From the IMG/VR virus record IMGVR_UViG_2939121850_000001: a stretch of DNA of 64,000 bases, one strand, 5' to 3'. This DNA is from a virus. Its lineage: Duplodnaviria; Heunggongvirae; Uroviricota; Caudoviricetes. The position numbers and the translations under genes were made by a program. The notes under the pieces were generated by a model. It ran no database searches. It saw only the letters and a list, made by a program, of their open reading frames with translations, and was not told the DNA's origin. Positions 1-13,048 of the stretch are shown here, piece by piece (positions within the stretch are counted from its first letter, which is position 1; each line of letters starts with the position of its first letter).

Positions 1-201
1 ATTGAATATCTCAATAACGTAATGGATATGCAAAGAACTGACATGGCGGAGATCCGTAACGCCCGGGGCAATGTCCGGGAAGCGATTGCAGCCCTTCAGG
101 CTGCCGGACGTTTTGAGGAAAACGAAGAGCTGGTTAACGGAGCAGCTCGCCACCTGGCTGATCTGTTGGTAGCAATCCAGAAAGCGGGGGTAGCGGCATG
201 A
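1..201 (+). CDS. 3' end of a dar-operon gene (DarA-like), truncated by window edge
   Basis: Open frame from position 1 to TGA 199-201; stop overlaps ATG of next gene; position upstream of ddrA/ddrB. Confidence 0.4.
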   Translation: MEYLNNVMDMQRTDMAEIRNARGNVREAIAALQAAGRFEENEELVNGAARHLADLLVAIQKAGVAA

Positions 202-563
202 CACTATCAGCTATTGAGTTAATGGATCTCAGCGATAAGTTGGATGTTCTGATGTCTAAAGCGGCGACCGCGAGTGGCATGGAGTTGCTGGATATCAGCG
301 ATGAAATTGACCAGATCATGCAACAGATGGGGTACGGCGCGTCCGGCGGTGGTAGTGGCGAGGAAAAACAACCTTCGGAACATGATGGTGTGCCAAAACT
401 GGTTGCTGATTTCCTGGCTGATAAATTCGCCGATCAGAGCACCGATGCATTTATCGGTACCTTGCAGGACTTGAGTCAATATGTTGGCACATACATCGAC
501 CTGGACCAGGTTAAACAGCACACGGCGGCATGGATAGCCGCCAACATTAAAGAGGCAGCATAA
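198..563 (+). CDS. ddrA: DdrA-like small dar-operon protein (121 aa)
   Basis: 121-aa ORF coupled to flanking dar-operon ORFs; name by synteny with P1. Confidence 0.5.
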   Translation: MTLSAIELMDLSDKLDVLMSKAATASGMELLDISDEIDQIMQQMGYGASGGGSGEEKQPSEHDGVPKLVADFLADKFADQSTDAFIGTLQDLSQYVGTYIDLDQVKQHTAAWIAANIKEAA

Positions 564-575
564 GGCGTAACAGGG

Positions 576-3563
576 ATGAGCTTAAGCGATCAGGTGGTAA
601 TGGCCACCAGCATAGAAACGCTGATCGAGCTGCTAAAGAACCTGCCCGATTATGGGCGGGTTTCGTATGTGGTGACAGCGAAGGGAGACGAGGTAAAAAC
701 AGCGTTTGATATCGTCGATGCCTCAGCTCTTTTGGTATCCAATACTCTGGATGGGAAAATTAATCCTGACTATCCCCAGGAACTTCAGCCGCGCGACCGG
801 ACCCGCGCATCCAGCCTTCTTCAGGTTAACCAGATATCCAAAGATTTGCGGCCTGCTCAGCTTACTGATTCCGGTTTATCCAGCCATGGCGCGCCGATAA
901 TTGGTGAGGACAATGCCGTTGAGTCAGGTAATGGACGGACCATGGGGATCATCAAAGCCTATCAGGACGGTAATGCGGATCGGTATCGGGAGTACCTGAT
1001 TGAACATGCGACCGAATTCGGCATACGGCCTGAAAAGGTTGAATCAATGACGGCTCCGGTACTGGTGCGCCGCCGGTTAACGAAGGTTGACCGTGTTCAG
1101 TTTGCCAAGGACTCAAATATTTCTGATCTCCAGGAAATGGCAGCCAGTGAAAAGGCTTTTGTTGATGCCGACAGCATAACACCGGCGATGATGGCGTTGT
1201 TTAACCCGTCAGAAAGCGGAGATCTGCTTAGCCGCAGTAATGACGCGTTTATTCGCGGATTCATGACGCAAGTTGGTGCCACACAGGCGGCTGGCCTTGT
1301 AACTGAAGATGGGCGACCAACACGGCAACTTGTTGACCGTATACAAAACGCGATCTTTGCCAAGGCATATAAGGATGCGCGCCTGGTAAGGATGGTTGCA
1401 GAAGAACCTGATCCGGATATGCGTAATGTTCTGACGGCGCTTAATGCGGCAGCCAATGATTTTGTCCAGATGCAGGCTTTATCAGGAGAAGCGCACAAGC
1501 AGGCTGTGACAACTATTGTTGATGGCATTGAGACAGCGGATAGCCTCGATAAAAAGGCGCTGGCGGCATTGAAAGATGCGGTAGACCTGGTAAGGCAATC
1601 GAAGGAGTCAGGCCAGCATATTACCGATGTTATTGCTCAGGGGGATATGTTCAGCGAAACGGCCCCGGAAGTGAAAGCACTCGCGTTGTTCATCGTCGCG
1701 AATAACCGTAGCGCGAAGCGTATGGCCACCGCCTTTAAGTTGATGGCGCAACGTATCAATGATGAGTTACAGCACCAGGGCCAGGCGCTCGGGGATATGT
1801 TTGGCGGCGGCGATGTGTCGTTACAGGATATCCTTCGCCAGGTGTCTCAGGAACTGGAATACGAAGGCATGCAAGGGATATCCGGCGGTCTTTTCGAGTC
1901 CGTTTCCGGCGGTAGTTACAACGGTGTTGCTCCGTATACCAGTTTGCTATTACATCGGGCATCCGGCATCAAAGACATTATTCATCTGATCAGGCTGCTT
2001 TCCCGCACAGATCCCCAGGATGAACAGCTTGTACAAGTGCTTGCGCATTTTGTTCGAATGCCTGTTGCCGACGTGAAAAAATGGTGCCGATTATTCGGTA
2101 TCAGCAATTCGTTACTTCGCGGCTTGTTAAATCACGCATCCTCCCTTGGGCGCGATGGCTTTGACGAGATAGCGCAGGCGATAAAAAACGGAGATATGCC
2201 ACCAGCTATTGACTGGTTTTCCATTCGCCCAACCAGGGTGAAAGCATTCCTTAGCGCGGCGCATTTGGCATCACCATTGGCAGAAATGGTTCAGAGGTTG
2301 TCGCTCATATTCACAGACCATACCGCGTTGGGTGATCTGACTCTGGACGAGATGAAAGAAGCCTCCATTCAGTGGGCCGATCAACAAAATGAGGTTAACT
2401 CAGACTTCTTGCCAGCATTCAGGAAGGCCGTTAGTAAAGCGGATGATGCCCGTGGAATTCTGAAGGCATTTAAGGCATTGCAAAGTCGTGTTAATAAACA
2501 TGTCGGTGATATCGATGGGGTAACGGCGGAAGGCCGGGATATCCTTCAAGAGCACGGCATAACGCCAGAGTTTATTGATGAGATCAGGACTGATATGCAG
2601 CGTGAGGTCGTATCGTCCCTGCAAATCGTAGCCAGAGCGTTGGCGGATGCTAATCCGAAGAGTGCGGCCATTGTTAACCGGGTTATTGGTGATATTGAAG
2701 CATCGGAGGGCATGGGGGCGCTGAAACTCTTCCTTTCGCGAGCGTTTAATCCTAACGGCAATATTCTCCCTGGCATTATTGGTGAGGCTAAAAAGTATGT
2801 CAGTGAAGAAGAACTTGAGCAGCTTGACCAACTACTTAAGCGATTCTCATATAACCCGCAGACACGCTGGCAAATGAATCAGCGAAGTATGGGTTCGGTC
2901 CACGAGAAAGTGTTATCTGCCATGAACAGTGCGATCGCCAACTCATCCGTATCTGAAGAAAAAGCTCTTGAGTGGGCCGACTCTTTTATCACGGAAGAAG
3001 TGGAAGAAGCCCGCGCTGGACAGAATGGTGGGATAAACCTGCGCAAGGAACTTGCTGATATTTATCGCCTGACTGGCGGGAAAATATCGACCTTATCAAA
3101 GGTGGTTCACCACCAGGGAAGGGCATATGCAAATCTAAATGGTGTTGTTGCTGTCAATTTGAACGATGAAAATGCAAGTGCACTGTGGCACGAGCTGGGT
3201 CATCATCTTGAGTACAGTAACCCCGGTTTGTTAGAGAAAGCCCGGTCATTCCTGAAGGCCAATGTTGAAGGGGGTAAGCCATCTTTCGTCAATATCGGTG
3301 GGCGTGGCAAGCCTGAATGGTGCTTCAGATCTCGATTGAGTAATATTTATATGGCGAAGGTATACCCGCCAGTCTCAGTGAGTAACTCCGGGAAAATTCG
3401 GCAGAAATCACCGACTATTTCCAAAACGTCAGCAACGGAAGTATTCTCTATGGCTCTTCAGTTGTATCATGACAAAGAGGCCGCTGCCGCATCACTGATG
3501 AATGGTGACGGATTGCTGGAACTGTTATTAGGTGTGGCAAAGGAGCTAAATAATGCAGATTAA
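576..3563 (+). CDS. ddrB: DdrB-like large dar-operon virion protein (995 aa)
   Basis: 995-aa ORF between ddrA-like ORF and ssb region; size and position match P1 ddrB as recalled. Confidence 0.55.
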   Translation: MSLSDQVVMATSIETLIELLKNLPDYGRVSYVVTAKGDEVKTAFDIVDASALLVSNTLDGKINPDYPQELQPRDRTRASSLLQVNQISKDLRPAQLTDSGLSSHGAPIIGEDNAVESGNGRTMGIIKAYQDGNADRYREYLIEHATEFGIRPEKVESMTAPVLVRRRLTKVDRVQFAKDSNISDLQEMAASEKAFVDADSITPAMMALFNPSESGDLLSRSNDAFIRGFMTQVGATQAAGLVTEDGRPTRQLVDRIQNAIFAKAYKDARLVRMVAEEPDPDMRNVLTALNAAANDFVQMQALSGEAHKQAVTTIVDGIETADSLDKKALAALKDAVDLVRQSKESGQHITDVIAQGDMFSETAPEVKALALFIVANNRSAKRMATAFKLMAQRINDELQHQGQALGDMFGGGDVSLQDILRQVSQELEYEGMQGISGGLFESVSGGSYNGVAPYTSLLLHRASGIKDIIHLIRLLSRTDPQDEQLVQVLAHFVRMPVADVKKWCRLFGISNSLLRGLLNHASSLGRDGFDEIAQAIKNGDMPPAIDWFSIRPTRVKAFLSAAHLASPLAEMVQRLSLIFTDHTALGDLTLDEMKEASIQWADQQNEVNSDFLPAFRKAVSKADDARGILKAFKALQSRVNKHVGDIDGVTAEGRDILQEHGITPEFIDEIRTDMQREVVSSLQIVARALADANPKSAAIVNRVIGDIEASEGMGALKLFLSRAFNPNGNILPGIIGEAKKYVSEEELEQLDQLLKRFSYNPQTRWQMNQRSMGSVHEKVLSAMNSAIANSSVSEEKALEWADSFITEEVEEARAGQNGGINLRKELADIYRLTGGKISTLSKVVHHQGRAYANLNGVVAVNLNDENASALWHELGHHLEYSNPGLLEKARSFLKANVEGGKPSFVNIGGRGKPEWCFRSRLSNIYMAKVYPPVSVSNSGKIRQKSPTISKTSATEVFSMALQLYHDKEAAAASLMNGDGLLELLLGVAKELNNAD

Positions 3564-3861
3564 AATCGCAGCGCCATTAGGCGGAGATGCCATTATCGAA
3601 TTTGATGATAATGAAGAAGTTTCCGGGCGTTTAAGCATTATCTCCGGTGACATTACCGAGGACATGATCGCTGAAGCCATAGCTGGAGCAAATCCCAATA
3701 GCTATATGGGATTCGTTAACACCCTTGATGCTCCCGCAAGTGATGTTCTCCGAACGCTGCATCTTTACGCTGGCTGGTTTGTTGATTGGCCAGCAGTAGA
3801 TGGTGGCGATGAGGACGACGACGATGATTTTGGTGATCATGTAGACCAGATCGTATATTGA
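3553..3861 (+). CDS. hypothetical acidic protein (102 aa)
   Basis: ORF overlapping ddrB stop; D/E-rich C-terminus; ends just before hairpin terminator. Confidence 0.45.
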   Translation: MQIKIAAPLGGDAIIEFDDNEEVSGRLSIISGDITEDMIAEAIAGANPNSYMGFVNTLDAPASDVLRTLHLYAGWFVDWPAVDGGDEDDDDDFGDHVDQIVY

Positions 3862-3864
3862 AGA

Positions 3865-3893
3865 AATCCCGCCAATCGGCGGGATTTTTTTTT
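3865..3893. terminator. bidirectional rho-independent terminator
   Basis: Stem aatcccgcc / ggcgggatt with T-run, between convergent ORFs. Confidence 0.6.
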
Positions 3894-4854
3894 AATCGCT
3901 TTCCACTTCTTCCGTAGTGTTTTCTTGCAGTTCTGTTAATGCAGCACGACACAGGCTCCGGGCATTGGCTATAGCCACACTTTTGACTTCATCCGTCATC
4001 GTGCAGGTAATGTACTGATCGAGTTCTTCAGCGCGGATGATGCTTTTGCCAATCAGAAACTGTATTTGCCAGAGCAGATCAGCATCCATAATCAGAATTT
4101 CTGCCGGGCCTTCAGGACCAGCCGGGAAGGAAACATAAGACTGTTTGCCCAGGCCGATAACTCGACAACTTGCTTCAAGAATTGCGCGATTGAGGTCTGA
4201 CTTTGTAACTGATACAGGTTGATTTTCACCTGCGATTACGCCGTTGACATGGATGTGGAATGGCATGTAGCTTGAAATTCGCTCTACTTTCCATACGCCA
4301 GCAAGCGATCCTTCATGCAGCACAATGGGGGTAACCGCGAGTTTCATCTCACCATATAACTGCTGGCAGATAGCTGGATTGCTGAATACATCCAAAGGTT
4401 CACACTCAAACAGCGGCGCAATCTGTATGAGGTCCATCATGGTCATACCAGGGGTACGAGCAGTAATGAATCTGCGCATGCCAGTATCCATTGTGCGCCA
4501 GATAGCTACACCATGCTTTTTGCTCACTTCTTCAGTAAAGCCAAGGTGGCACATGATGGTTTTTTCGATAGCCAGATCAGAGATAGAAACCTTTTCGCCA
4601 GGTACACCATCATTATTGATGGTCACTTCGACACTCTGGCCATTACGCAGGCGGTATTGAATTGTTTTAGTATTTTGTGCTGTCATAGTCTTTTCTCTGC
4701 TTAAAAACTGATGTATTGCGCCTTCAGGTGGGTCAGGAATGTTTTCCCACCAGCGAAAGCAATATCTCGGGGTGTTCTTTTCGTGAAAAGCGCGTGCCAT
4801 TGCCAACTTTGGCGTTTTTTTGCGAGTTCGTGCTTTTGTCGGCGTCTTGACCAC
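3892..4854 (-). CDS. hypothetical protein; start uncertain (possibly Met57 at 4686)
   Basis: 320-aa ORF between ssb and dar operon; no IS1 nearby unlike P1. Confidence 0.5.
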   Translation of the reverse strand: MVKTPTKARTRKKTPKLAMARAFHEKNTPRYCFRWWENIPDPPEGAIHQFLSREKTMTAQNTKTIQYRLRNGQSVEVTINNDGVPGEKVSISDLAIEKTIMCHLGFTEEVSKKHGVAIWRTMDTGMRRFITARTPGMTMMDLIQIAPLFECEPLDVFSNPAICQQLYGEMKLAVTPIVLHEGSLAGVWKVERISSYMPFHIHVNGVIAGENQPVSVTKSDLNRAILEASCRVIGLGKQSYVSFPAGPEGPAEILIMDADLLWQIQFLIGKSIIRAEELDQYITCTMTDEVKSVAIANARSLCRAALTELQENTTEEVESD

Positions 4855-4888
4855 CGCTTTTCTTTCAGTCGTTTTTTACTCATAAACT

Positions 4889-5377
4889 CTAAAACGGAAT
4901 ATCGTCGTCAAAGTCCATTGGAGGTTCGTTATTGGCGTTGCTCTGAGGTTTACCGCCACCACTGTATTGCTGGTGGTTTTGAGGTTGGTTTGATTGCCCC
5001 CAGCCATTTGAGGACTGTGAATCGTCACGGCGAGCGCCGATCATTTGCATGGTGCCGCCCTGGCTGACGATAATTTCCGTCGTGTAACGTTCTACACCGA
5101 CGTCATCTGTCCACTTACGGGTTTTAAGTTTCCCTTCGATGTAGACCTGAGAACCTTTTCGTAAATACTCACTCGCAATTTCAGCAAGTTTTCCGAACAA
5201 AACGACTTTATGCCATTCTGTCTGCTCTTTCTGTTGGCCCGTTTGCTTGTCGCGCCATGATTCATTCGTTGCGATGCTGAGTCTTCCGACAGCGCCGCCA
5301 TTTGGTATATACCTGATCTCCGGGTCTTGCCCCAGGGTACCAATCAGGATGACTTTGTTTACACCGCGTTGTGCCAC
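4889..5377 (-). CDS. ssb: single-stranded DNA-binding protein
   Basis: 162 aa; OB-fold N-terminus, Gly/Gln-rich linker, acidic C-terminal tail DFDDDIPF. Confidence 0.9.
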   Translation of the reverse strand: MAQRGVNKVILIGTLGQDPEIRYIPNGGAVGRLSIATNESWRDKQTGQQKEQTEWHKVVLFGKLAEIASEYLRKGSQVYIEGKLKTRKWTDDVGVERYTTEIIVSQGGTMQMIGARRDDSQSSNGWGQSNQPQNHQQYSGGGKPQSNANNEPPMDFDDDIPF

Positions 5378-5396
5378 TTATCTTACCTAATAAAAT

Positions 5397-5413
5397 AAAA
5401 TGATTAGAGCAAT
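5397..5413 (-). promoter_or_regulatory. C1 operator-like site (15/17 match)
   Basis: aaaatgattagagcaat is reverse complement of ATTGCTCTAATcAtTTT; in ssb/lyz divergent intergenic region. Confidence 0.55.
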
Positions 5414-5546
5414 AATGTATATCTTTGAAACGTAGCTAACAAGTGATTTGCATTATCCTGTGCCTTCTAAAGGGATCGAGTCAGTCGGTATTGACTGTGA
5501 ATGGGTATTTGTCCTGGAGCGTAAAAAATTCGCTTATGAGGTCTTT

Positions 5547-6104
5547 ATGAAGGGAAAAACAGCCGCAGGAGGCGGTGCAATTTGCGCTATCGCGGTGATG
5601 ATTACCATCGTGATGGGTAATGGCAATGTGCGAACCAACCAGGCGGGGCTTGAGCTTATCGGAAACGCGGAAGGTTGCCTACGTGATCCATACATGTGCC
5701 CGGCGGGTGTATGGACTGACGGGATTGGTAATACACATGGGGTAACGCCAGGCGTGCGAAAAACCGACCAGCAAATCGCCGCTGATTGGGAAAAGAATAT
5801 CCTGATCGCTGAACGCTGTATTAATCAGCACTTCCGGGGCAAAGACATGCCCGATAATGCCTTCAGCGCAATGACAAGCGCGGCATTCAATATGGGATGC
5901 AATAGTTTACGGACCTACTACAGCAAAGCGCGAGGCATGCGAGTCGAAACGTCCATCCACAAGTGGGCGCAGAAAGGGGAATGGGTGAATATGTGTAACC
6001 ATCTCCCTGATTTTGTGAACAGTAACGGCGTCCCCCTGCCCGGGTTAAAGATTCGCCGTGAAAAAGAACGCCAGCTTTGCCTGACGGGGCCGGTCAATGA
6101 ATAA
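5547..6104 (+). CDS. lyz: SAR endolysin (lysozyme)
   Basis: 185 aa from Met34 of the ORF with RBS gagg; N-terminal Gly/Ala-rich SAR segment; lysozyme catalytic motif EGCLRDPYMCPAGVWTDGIGNT. Confidence 0.85.
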   Translation: MKGKTAAGGGAICAIAVMITIVMGNGNVRTNQAGLELIGNAEGCLRDPYMCPAGVWTDGIGNTHGVTPGVRKTDQQIAADWEKNILIAERCINQHFRGKDMPDNAFSAMTSAAFNMGCNSLRTYYSKARGMRVETSIHKWAQKGEWVNMCNHLPDFVNSNGVPLPGLKIRREKERQLCLTGPVNE

Positions 6105-6351
6105 ACTCCGGCAGCTCCGCCGACTTTCGACAATGAAGTTATCGCTGGCGGCGATAGTTTTCGACTCGATTTTCATGGCGGTATATGTGCTCAATGAGAC
6201 GTGGCCACTGGAACCGCTATTGTATGCTGGGCTTCGGCTGTGCCTGACATTTTTGAGCATGGCTGCAAGATTGATGCAGCAGAAAGAAACCGCTTCAGAT
6301 TGTCCACGCCGCGCGGTGCGCAAATATATGGCACGCAGACGAAGGCGATAA
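6097..6351 (+). CDS. small membrane protein with poly-Arg C-terminus (holin-like), coupled to lyz
   Basis: ATG overlaps lyz stop; hydrophobic helices; C-terminus ARRRRR; followed by terminator. Confidence 0.4.
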   Translation: MNKLRQLRRLSTMKLSLAAIVFDSIFMAVYVLNETWPLEPLLYAGLRLCLTFLSMAARLMQQKETASDCPRRAVRKYMARRRRR

Positions 6352-6362
6352 TAGTTAACGAG

Positions 6363-6390
6363 AACCCCGGCAGCCGCCGGGGTTATTTTT
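6363..6390 (+). terminator. rho-independent terminator after lyz operon
   Basis: aaccccgg / ccggggtt hairpin followed by TTTTT. Confidence 0.6.
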
Positions 6391-6395
6391 GGTGG

Positions 6396-9126
<2,731 letters not shown>

Positions 9127-9192
9127 TTAATTAGAATAATTCACATCGTGTTTGAACGGAATTTAACACTAGTCACTTGTTAAGGATTACCA

Positions 9193-9812
9193 ATGAACAA
9201 GCTATCTATGGGGGTGTTTCGCTGTTCAAGTGTCAGCGAAATATTGAAATACATTAGGGCAATAACATCTCACCGAGCGCCGATTAAATATGGCGTGGAA
9301 AAGGTGGAAGGCAAAAGCTATGACCGACTGCGCCGGGAGGCGAATCAGAAGGCGATAGATTTGCTTAATTCGCTGGTGGACGGCGCGACACTGACAGATG
9401 AACAGCGCCAGATCCTGGCTGGGTACACCGGTGAAGGCGGCATTGGCGGGTCCGTCTCCGAATATTACACACCAAAGCCGATCGCTGAAGGTGTCTGGGA
9501 GATCATGAAGCTCTACGGCGCGGACGTAGGTAACACTCTGGAACCATCGGCGGGAACCGGCGTTTTTAATGAGACAAAACCGGTTGGTACGGTGATGACC
9601 GCGACTGAGATCAGCAGTGTTTCCGGTCGTATAAACCAGTTGTTACACCCGGAAGACAGCGTACAGATTTCCCCGTTCGAACAGCTGGCTGTAAGCACGC
9701 CTAACGATTCATTCGACCATGTTGTGGGTAACGTTCCGTTCGGCGGTCGTGATAACACACGCAACATCGATAAGCCTTACGCAGAAGAAACGGACATGGG
9801 TTCTTACTTCAT
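9193..9812 (+). pseudogene. darB: darB 5' fragment (N-terminal methyltransferase region), cut by IS insertion
   Basis: SAM-binding motif EPSAGTGVF and GNVPFG motif; frame continues exactly into 13052 ORF once the insertion and one TSD copy are removed. Confidence 0.85.
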
Positions 9813-12800
9813 GGGGTTCTAGGGATTTTCCGTCCAAAAACGACAAAGTGCTCTGGAGGCCGCGCCGTCCGTGGCCTCCAGAGGGGTATTACTTTTCGCT
9901 GACGGGTAAATATCCCTCGATTGAGCGCATAAGCTCCTCCAGATCTGGCAATTTTTCGCTCAATTCGAAGTGGTAAGTCCCCTTGAGGTTAATGTTGTGC
10001 CAGGCCACAGGGGATGCCTGTTTGACGATATCTATTCTCTTGGTATCTCCTTGGTATTCGAAGCTGGTCAACAGCTGGCTGAGTATCCTGGAGTTGAAGT
10101 AAACGATGGCATTGGTGACCAGGCGAGCGCACTCATTCCATAGCTGGATTTCTTCGTCTGAACTGCCCCGGAACTGATCCCCATTGACGCTGCTCACGGC
10201 CCGACGCAGTTGGTGATAGGCCTCTCCCCGGTTCAGCGCGCGCTGAACATAGTTTCTTAAACTGGCATCATCGATGTAGCACAGTAGATAATTCGCTTTC
10301 ACCAGGCGATTGTATTCCGTCAGGGCTTCCAGCAGCGGGTGATTGCGCTTGTACTCCGAGAGCTTTCTCACCAAGGTGGCTTGCGTTGTTTTCCGCTGCT
10401 TAAGTGATACTGCAATCCGTTGGATGGTATCCCAGTGCTGCGCAATACGATGGGTATTGATTGGCTTTTTTAAGCACAGCTGAATTCGGTGTTCTTTGTC
10501 TTCCTTGACATCAAACATGTCATTGATCACTTTGCCAACCTGGGCATAGCGTGGGGCAAACTGGTATCCGAACAGATCCAGTAACGCGAAGTTCACATGG
10601 TTCACCCCATGGGTATCGGTTGAGAGCACATCCGGAATGATGTCTGACGTATTGCTCATCAACAAATCAAAGATGTAGTGCGATTCATGTTCGTTGGCGC
10701 CGATCACTCTGGCGTTGATCGCAGCGTGATTGGCGATCAAGGTCATGGCAGAAACACCTTTTTGAGTGCCAAAGTACTTCGACGAATAACGGGTTTTGAA
10801 GGTCTCGCGCCGGGCTTCGAACTTTTGACCATCGGCACTGGCGTGGATCACATCTTCCTGGATGTTGTAGTACCGGAAGATGGGTAGCTTGGCTGTCGCG
10901 TTATTGATGTTGTCGTTAGCAGCATTCAATGTTTCCAGGCGAAGATAGTTCGCCTGGATAGTGCTGAGCTGATCATAGGTACGATCAGAGATCTGTGCCA
11001 TGCCGTAAATGCCTTGATTGGTTGCATTGCCGACCAGAATTGCCAACAGGTCATATTCATGGGAACGGCTTCTGGATTGGGAACCCAGCACATGAGCGAA
11101 GCAGTCAATGAAACCGGTGTCACGATCAACCATGCGCAGTACATCCGCAATCCCCGTTGTGGGAATTTGCTGGAAGAAGGGATTGTTGACCAGATGATGT
11201 TTGCTGGCCGAAGGCAGGCGCCAGAAGCGTTTACCCTGCGGATTACGCAAGATGATATTCCGGTTGTCTTCCTGTTCAAGATATTCGCCGACTTCGTACA
11301 AACGGGTATCCAATTCCATGGCCATCTGTTTGATCAGCTTTTCAGGCTCCTCCGCTAATTTTGTAAAATGGCTCTGTTGAAGCAGCGTATATTTGTTTTT
11401 TCGCCAATGTTCCCCGTCGATCAGGTCGGCGTCGAGTGCCCGGTATTTAGTGATATCAGGCAGCGTCAGCTGGCCATTCAGGCGATCAGGAATCTGTTGA
11501 TAGAGGAACCACTCATAACGATCGATCAGGATATTCCCTTCACCATCCAGCAGGAATTCACGTGATTTTTTGGAAAGGAGTCTGGTGTCGGCAGTTTGCA
11601 ACTGAGCGTCCTGGCCGTTGAGTTCGTTTTGTGTTTTCGCCAAGGCGGCCGCTAAGTGCTGGGTGCCGTCGCAGCCTTCGAAGCGCAGACATAGGAACAA
11701 CTCTCGCAGCAAACCTTTCCGCAGACTTTCTTTCTCGTCGCAGTACTGCCACATGGCTTCATCGACCGATCGTCGCTGCTCGTTCAGGAAGAGACATACA
11801 GATTCCAGATCCCTTTTGGTCAGCAGGCTCAGTGCTTGCTGTCTTACTGTTGCAAACGGTAGTTGCAGATCAATGCTGTCATCAATGAACAGGTGCAGTA
11901 CTTCAGCTGCCTTGCTGACATTTTTAGCTGCTTTTTGCCAATCCTTAAACACCGCTTCCTGCGCATAATCCTTTGCCTTCTGTTTGGTCTGTCTGACATG
12001 ATGCACAAAGCCATCGGCAATACGTTCCAGCGCTTGCTGCCATCGCGTTTGAAGATAGCACAATAAATACAGCCATTGGCTGCCTACGGTTTGACGTTTC
12101 AGTTTGGCACCGTAGTAGTCGACTTTCTCTGCCAGGTGTTGCAGATTTTTCTGCGACAGTGATAGCGTGCTCAACAGCAGATCCACTTCCGGCATCCAAT
12201 GCTGGATATGGCGATAGACAATCAGTTCTTTCTCCAACTCGGTTCCGGTGAAGTTACGAGCCGATTGTCGCAACTGTCGGAACGGCAGTGGACCTGTGCC
12301 GTTCACGAGCTCCGCCAGTGCTTGCTTAAGACCGCGTGACATTGCACGCTCAAGGTGCGCGGCCATGTGTTCCTGTTCGTCTCCCACCACCTGACTGATG
12401 ATCTTTTGCAGCGTGCTGTAGGCAGGGATTGCGATCTTCTGCCCCGAACAATATTCATTGGCCGCATCGAAGAGGTGCCTAGGCGCTGTCCAGGCTCTGG
12501 CTTGCTGGGATAAGTAATCTCTCAACGCCGCTCCATGGTCTTTGACATTCCAGCGCTGGTAGTTGCAGAGCTGGAAAACACGTTGGTAAATCCGTTCGTT
12601 CTCTTTTGGCGTGAGATTAAAGGGTCTACAGCCTGGGCCTGGTAGAACGGTTTGATAAACGTATTTGAGGTCCTGCTTGATCTGATGAAAGCCGGGATTC
12701 AGCACCACCGGCTTGGCTTTGAAATAGCCCAGCAGTACCACCAGCATGTAACGCTGGCCCCGATGACGGAGGCTTTTAGCGATCGCCAGTTCCTTATCGT

Positions 12801-13048
12801 TCAGCGAGAAAAAGAAGCGTTGGTCGGCGGAGGTGAAAGCGGGGGGTCCATATAACTCATCTTGTTCTGCCTCGGACAAGATTTGGACACGTTCTTCGAA
12901 TGCCATGGATTTAGCCCAAAAAGACTAAATCTTACTCAAACAGAGCCCAAATAGGGATCTCGAAAAAAGTAATACCCCTCTGGAGGCCACAGACGGCGGG
13001 GCCTCCAGAGCACTTTGTCGTTTTTGGACGGAAAATCCCTAGAACCCC
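9813..13048 (-). mobile_element. Tn3-family insertion sequence (tnpA only), 3236 bp
   Basis: Terminal inverted repeats starting GGGGTTCTAGGGATTTTCCGTCC, about 75-90 bp with few mismatches; 5-bp direct repeat TTCAT at 9808-9812 and 13049-13053; single 1005-aa transposase. Confidence 0.85.
9889..12906 (-). CDS. tnpA: Tn3-family transposase TnpA (1005 aa)
   Basis: Size typical of Tn3-family TnpA; sits between long IRs; DTHG-containing C-terminal region. Confidence 0.8.
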   Translation of the reverse strand: MAFEERVQILSEAEQDELYGPPAFTSADQRFFFSLNDKELAIAKSLRHRGQRYMLVVLLGYFKAKPVVLNPGFHQIKQDLKYVYQTVLPGPGCRPFNLTPKENERIYQRVFQLCNYQRWNVKDHGAALRDYLSQQARAWTAPRHLFDAANEYCSGQKIAIPAYSTLQKIISQVVGDEQEHMAAHLERAMSRGLKQALAELVNGTGPLPFRQLRQSARNFTGTELEKELIVYRHIQHWMPEVDLLLSTLSLSQKNLQHLAEKVDYYGAKLKRQTVGSQWLYLLCYLQTRWQQALERIADGFVHHVRQTKQKAKDYAQEAVFKDWQKAAKNVSKAAEVLHLFIDDSIDLQLPFATVRQQALSLLTKRDLESVCLFLNEQRRSVDEAMWQYCDEKESLRKGLLRELFLCLRFEGCDGTQHLAAALAKTQNELNGQDAQLQTADTRLLSKKSREFLLDGEGNILIDRYEWFLYQQIPDRLNGQLTLPDITKYRALDADLIDGEHWRKNKYTLLQQSHFTKLAEEPEKLIKQMAMELDTRLYEVGEYLEQEDNRNIILRNPQGKRFWRLPSASKHHLVNNPFFQQIPTTGIADVLRMVDRDTGFIDCFAHVLGSQSRSRSHEYDLLAILVGNATNQGIYGMAQISDRTYDQLSTIQANYLRLETLNAANDNINNATAKLPIFRYYNIQEDVIHASADGQKFEARRETFKTRYSSKYFGTQKGVSAMTLIANHAAINARVIGANEHESHYIFDLLMSNTSDIIPDVLSTDTHGVNHVNFALLDLFGYQFAPRYAQVGKVINDMFDVKEDKEHRIQLCLKKPINTHRIAQHWDTIQRIAVSLKQRKTTQATLVRKLSEYKRNHPLLEALTEYNRLVKANYLLCYIDDASLRNYVQRALNRGEAYHQLRRAVSSVNGDQFRGSSDEEIQLWNECARLVTNAIVYFNSRILSQLLTSFEYQGDTKRIDIVKQASPVAWHNINLKGTYHFELSEKLPDLEELMRSIEGYLPVSEK

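Noticed and set aside
10678-12855. Short plus-strand ORFs inside the IS element
   Set aside because: Antisense to the intact 1005-aa transposase frame.
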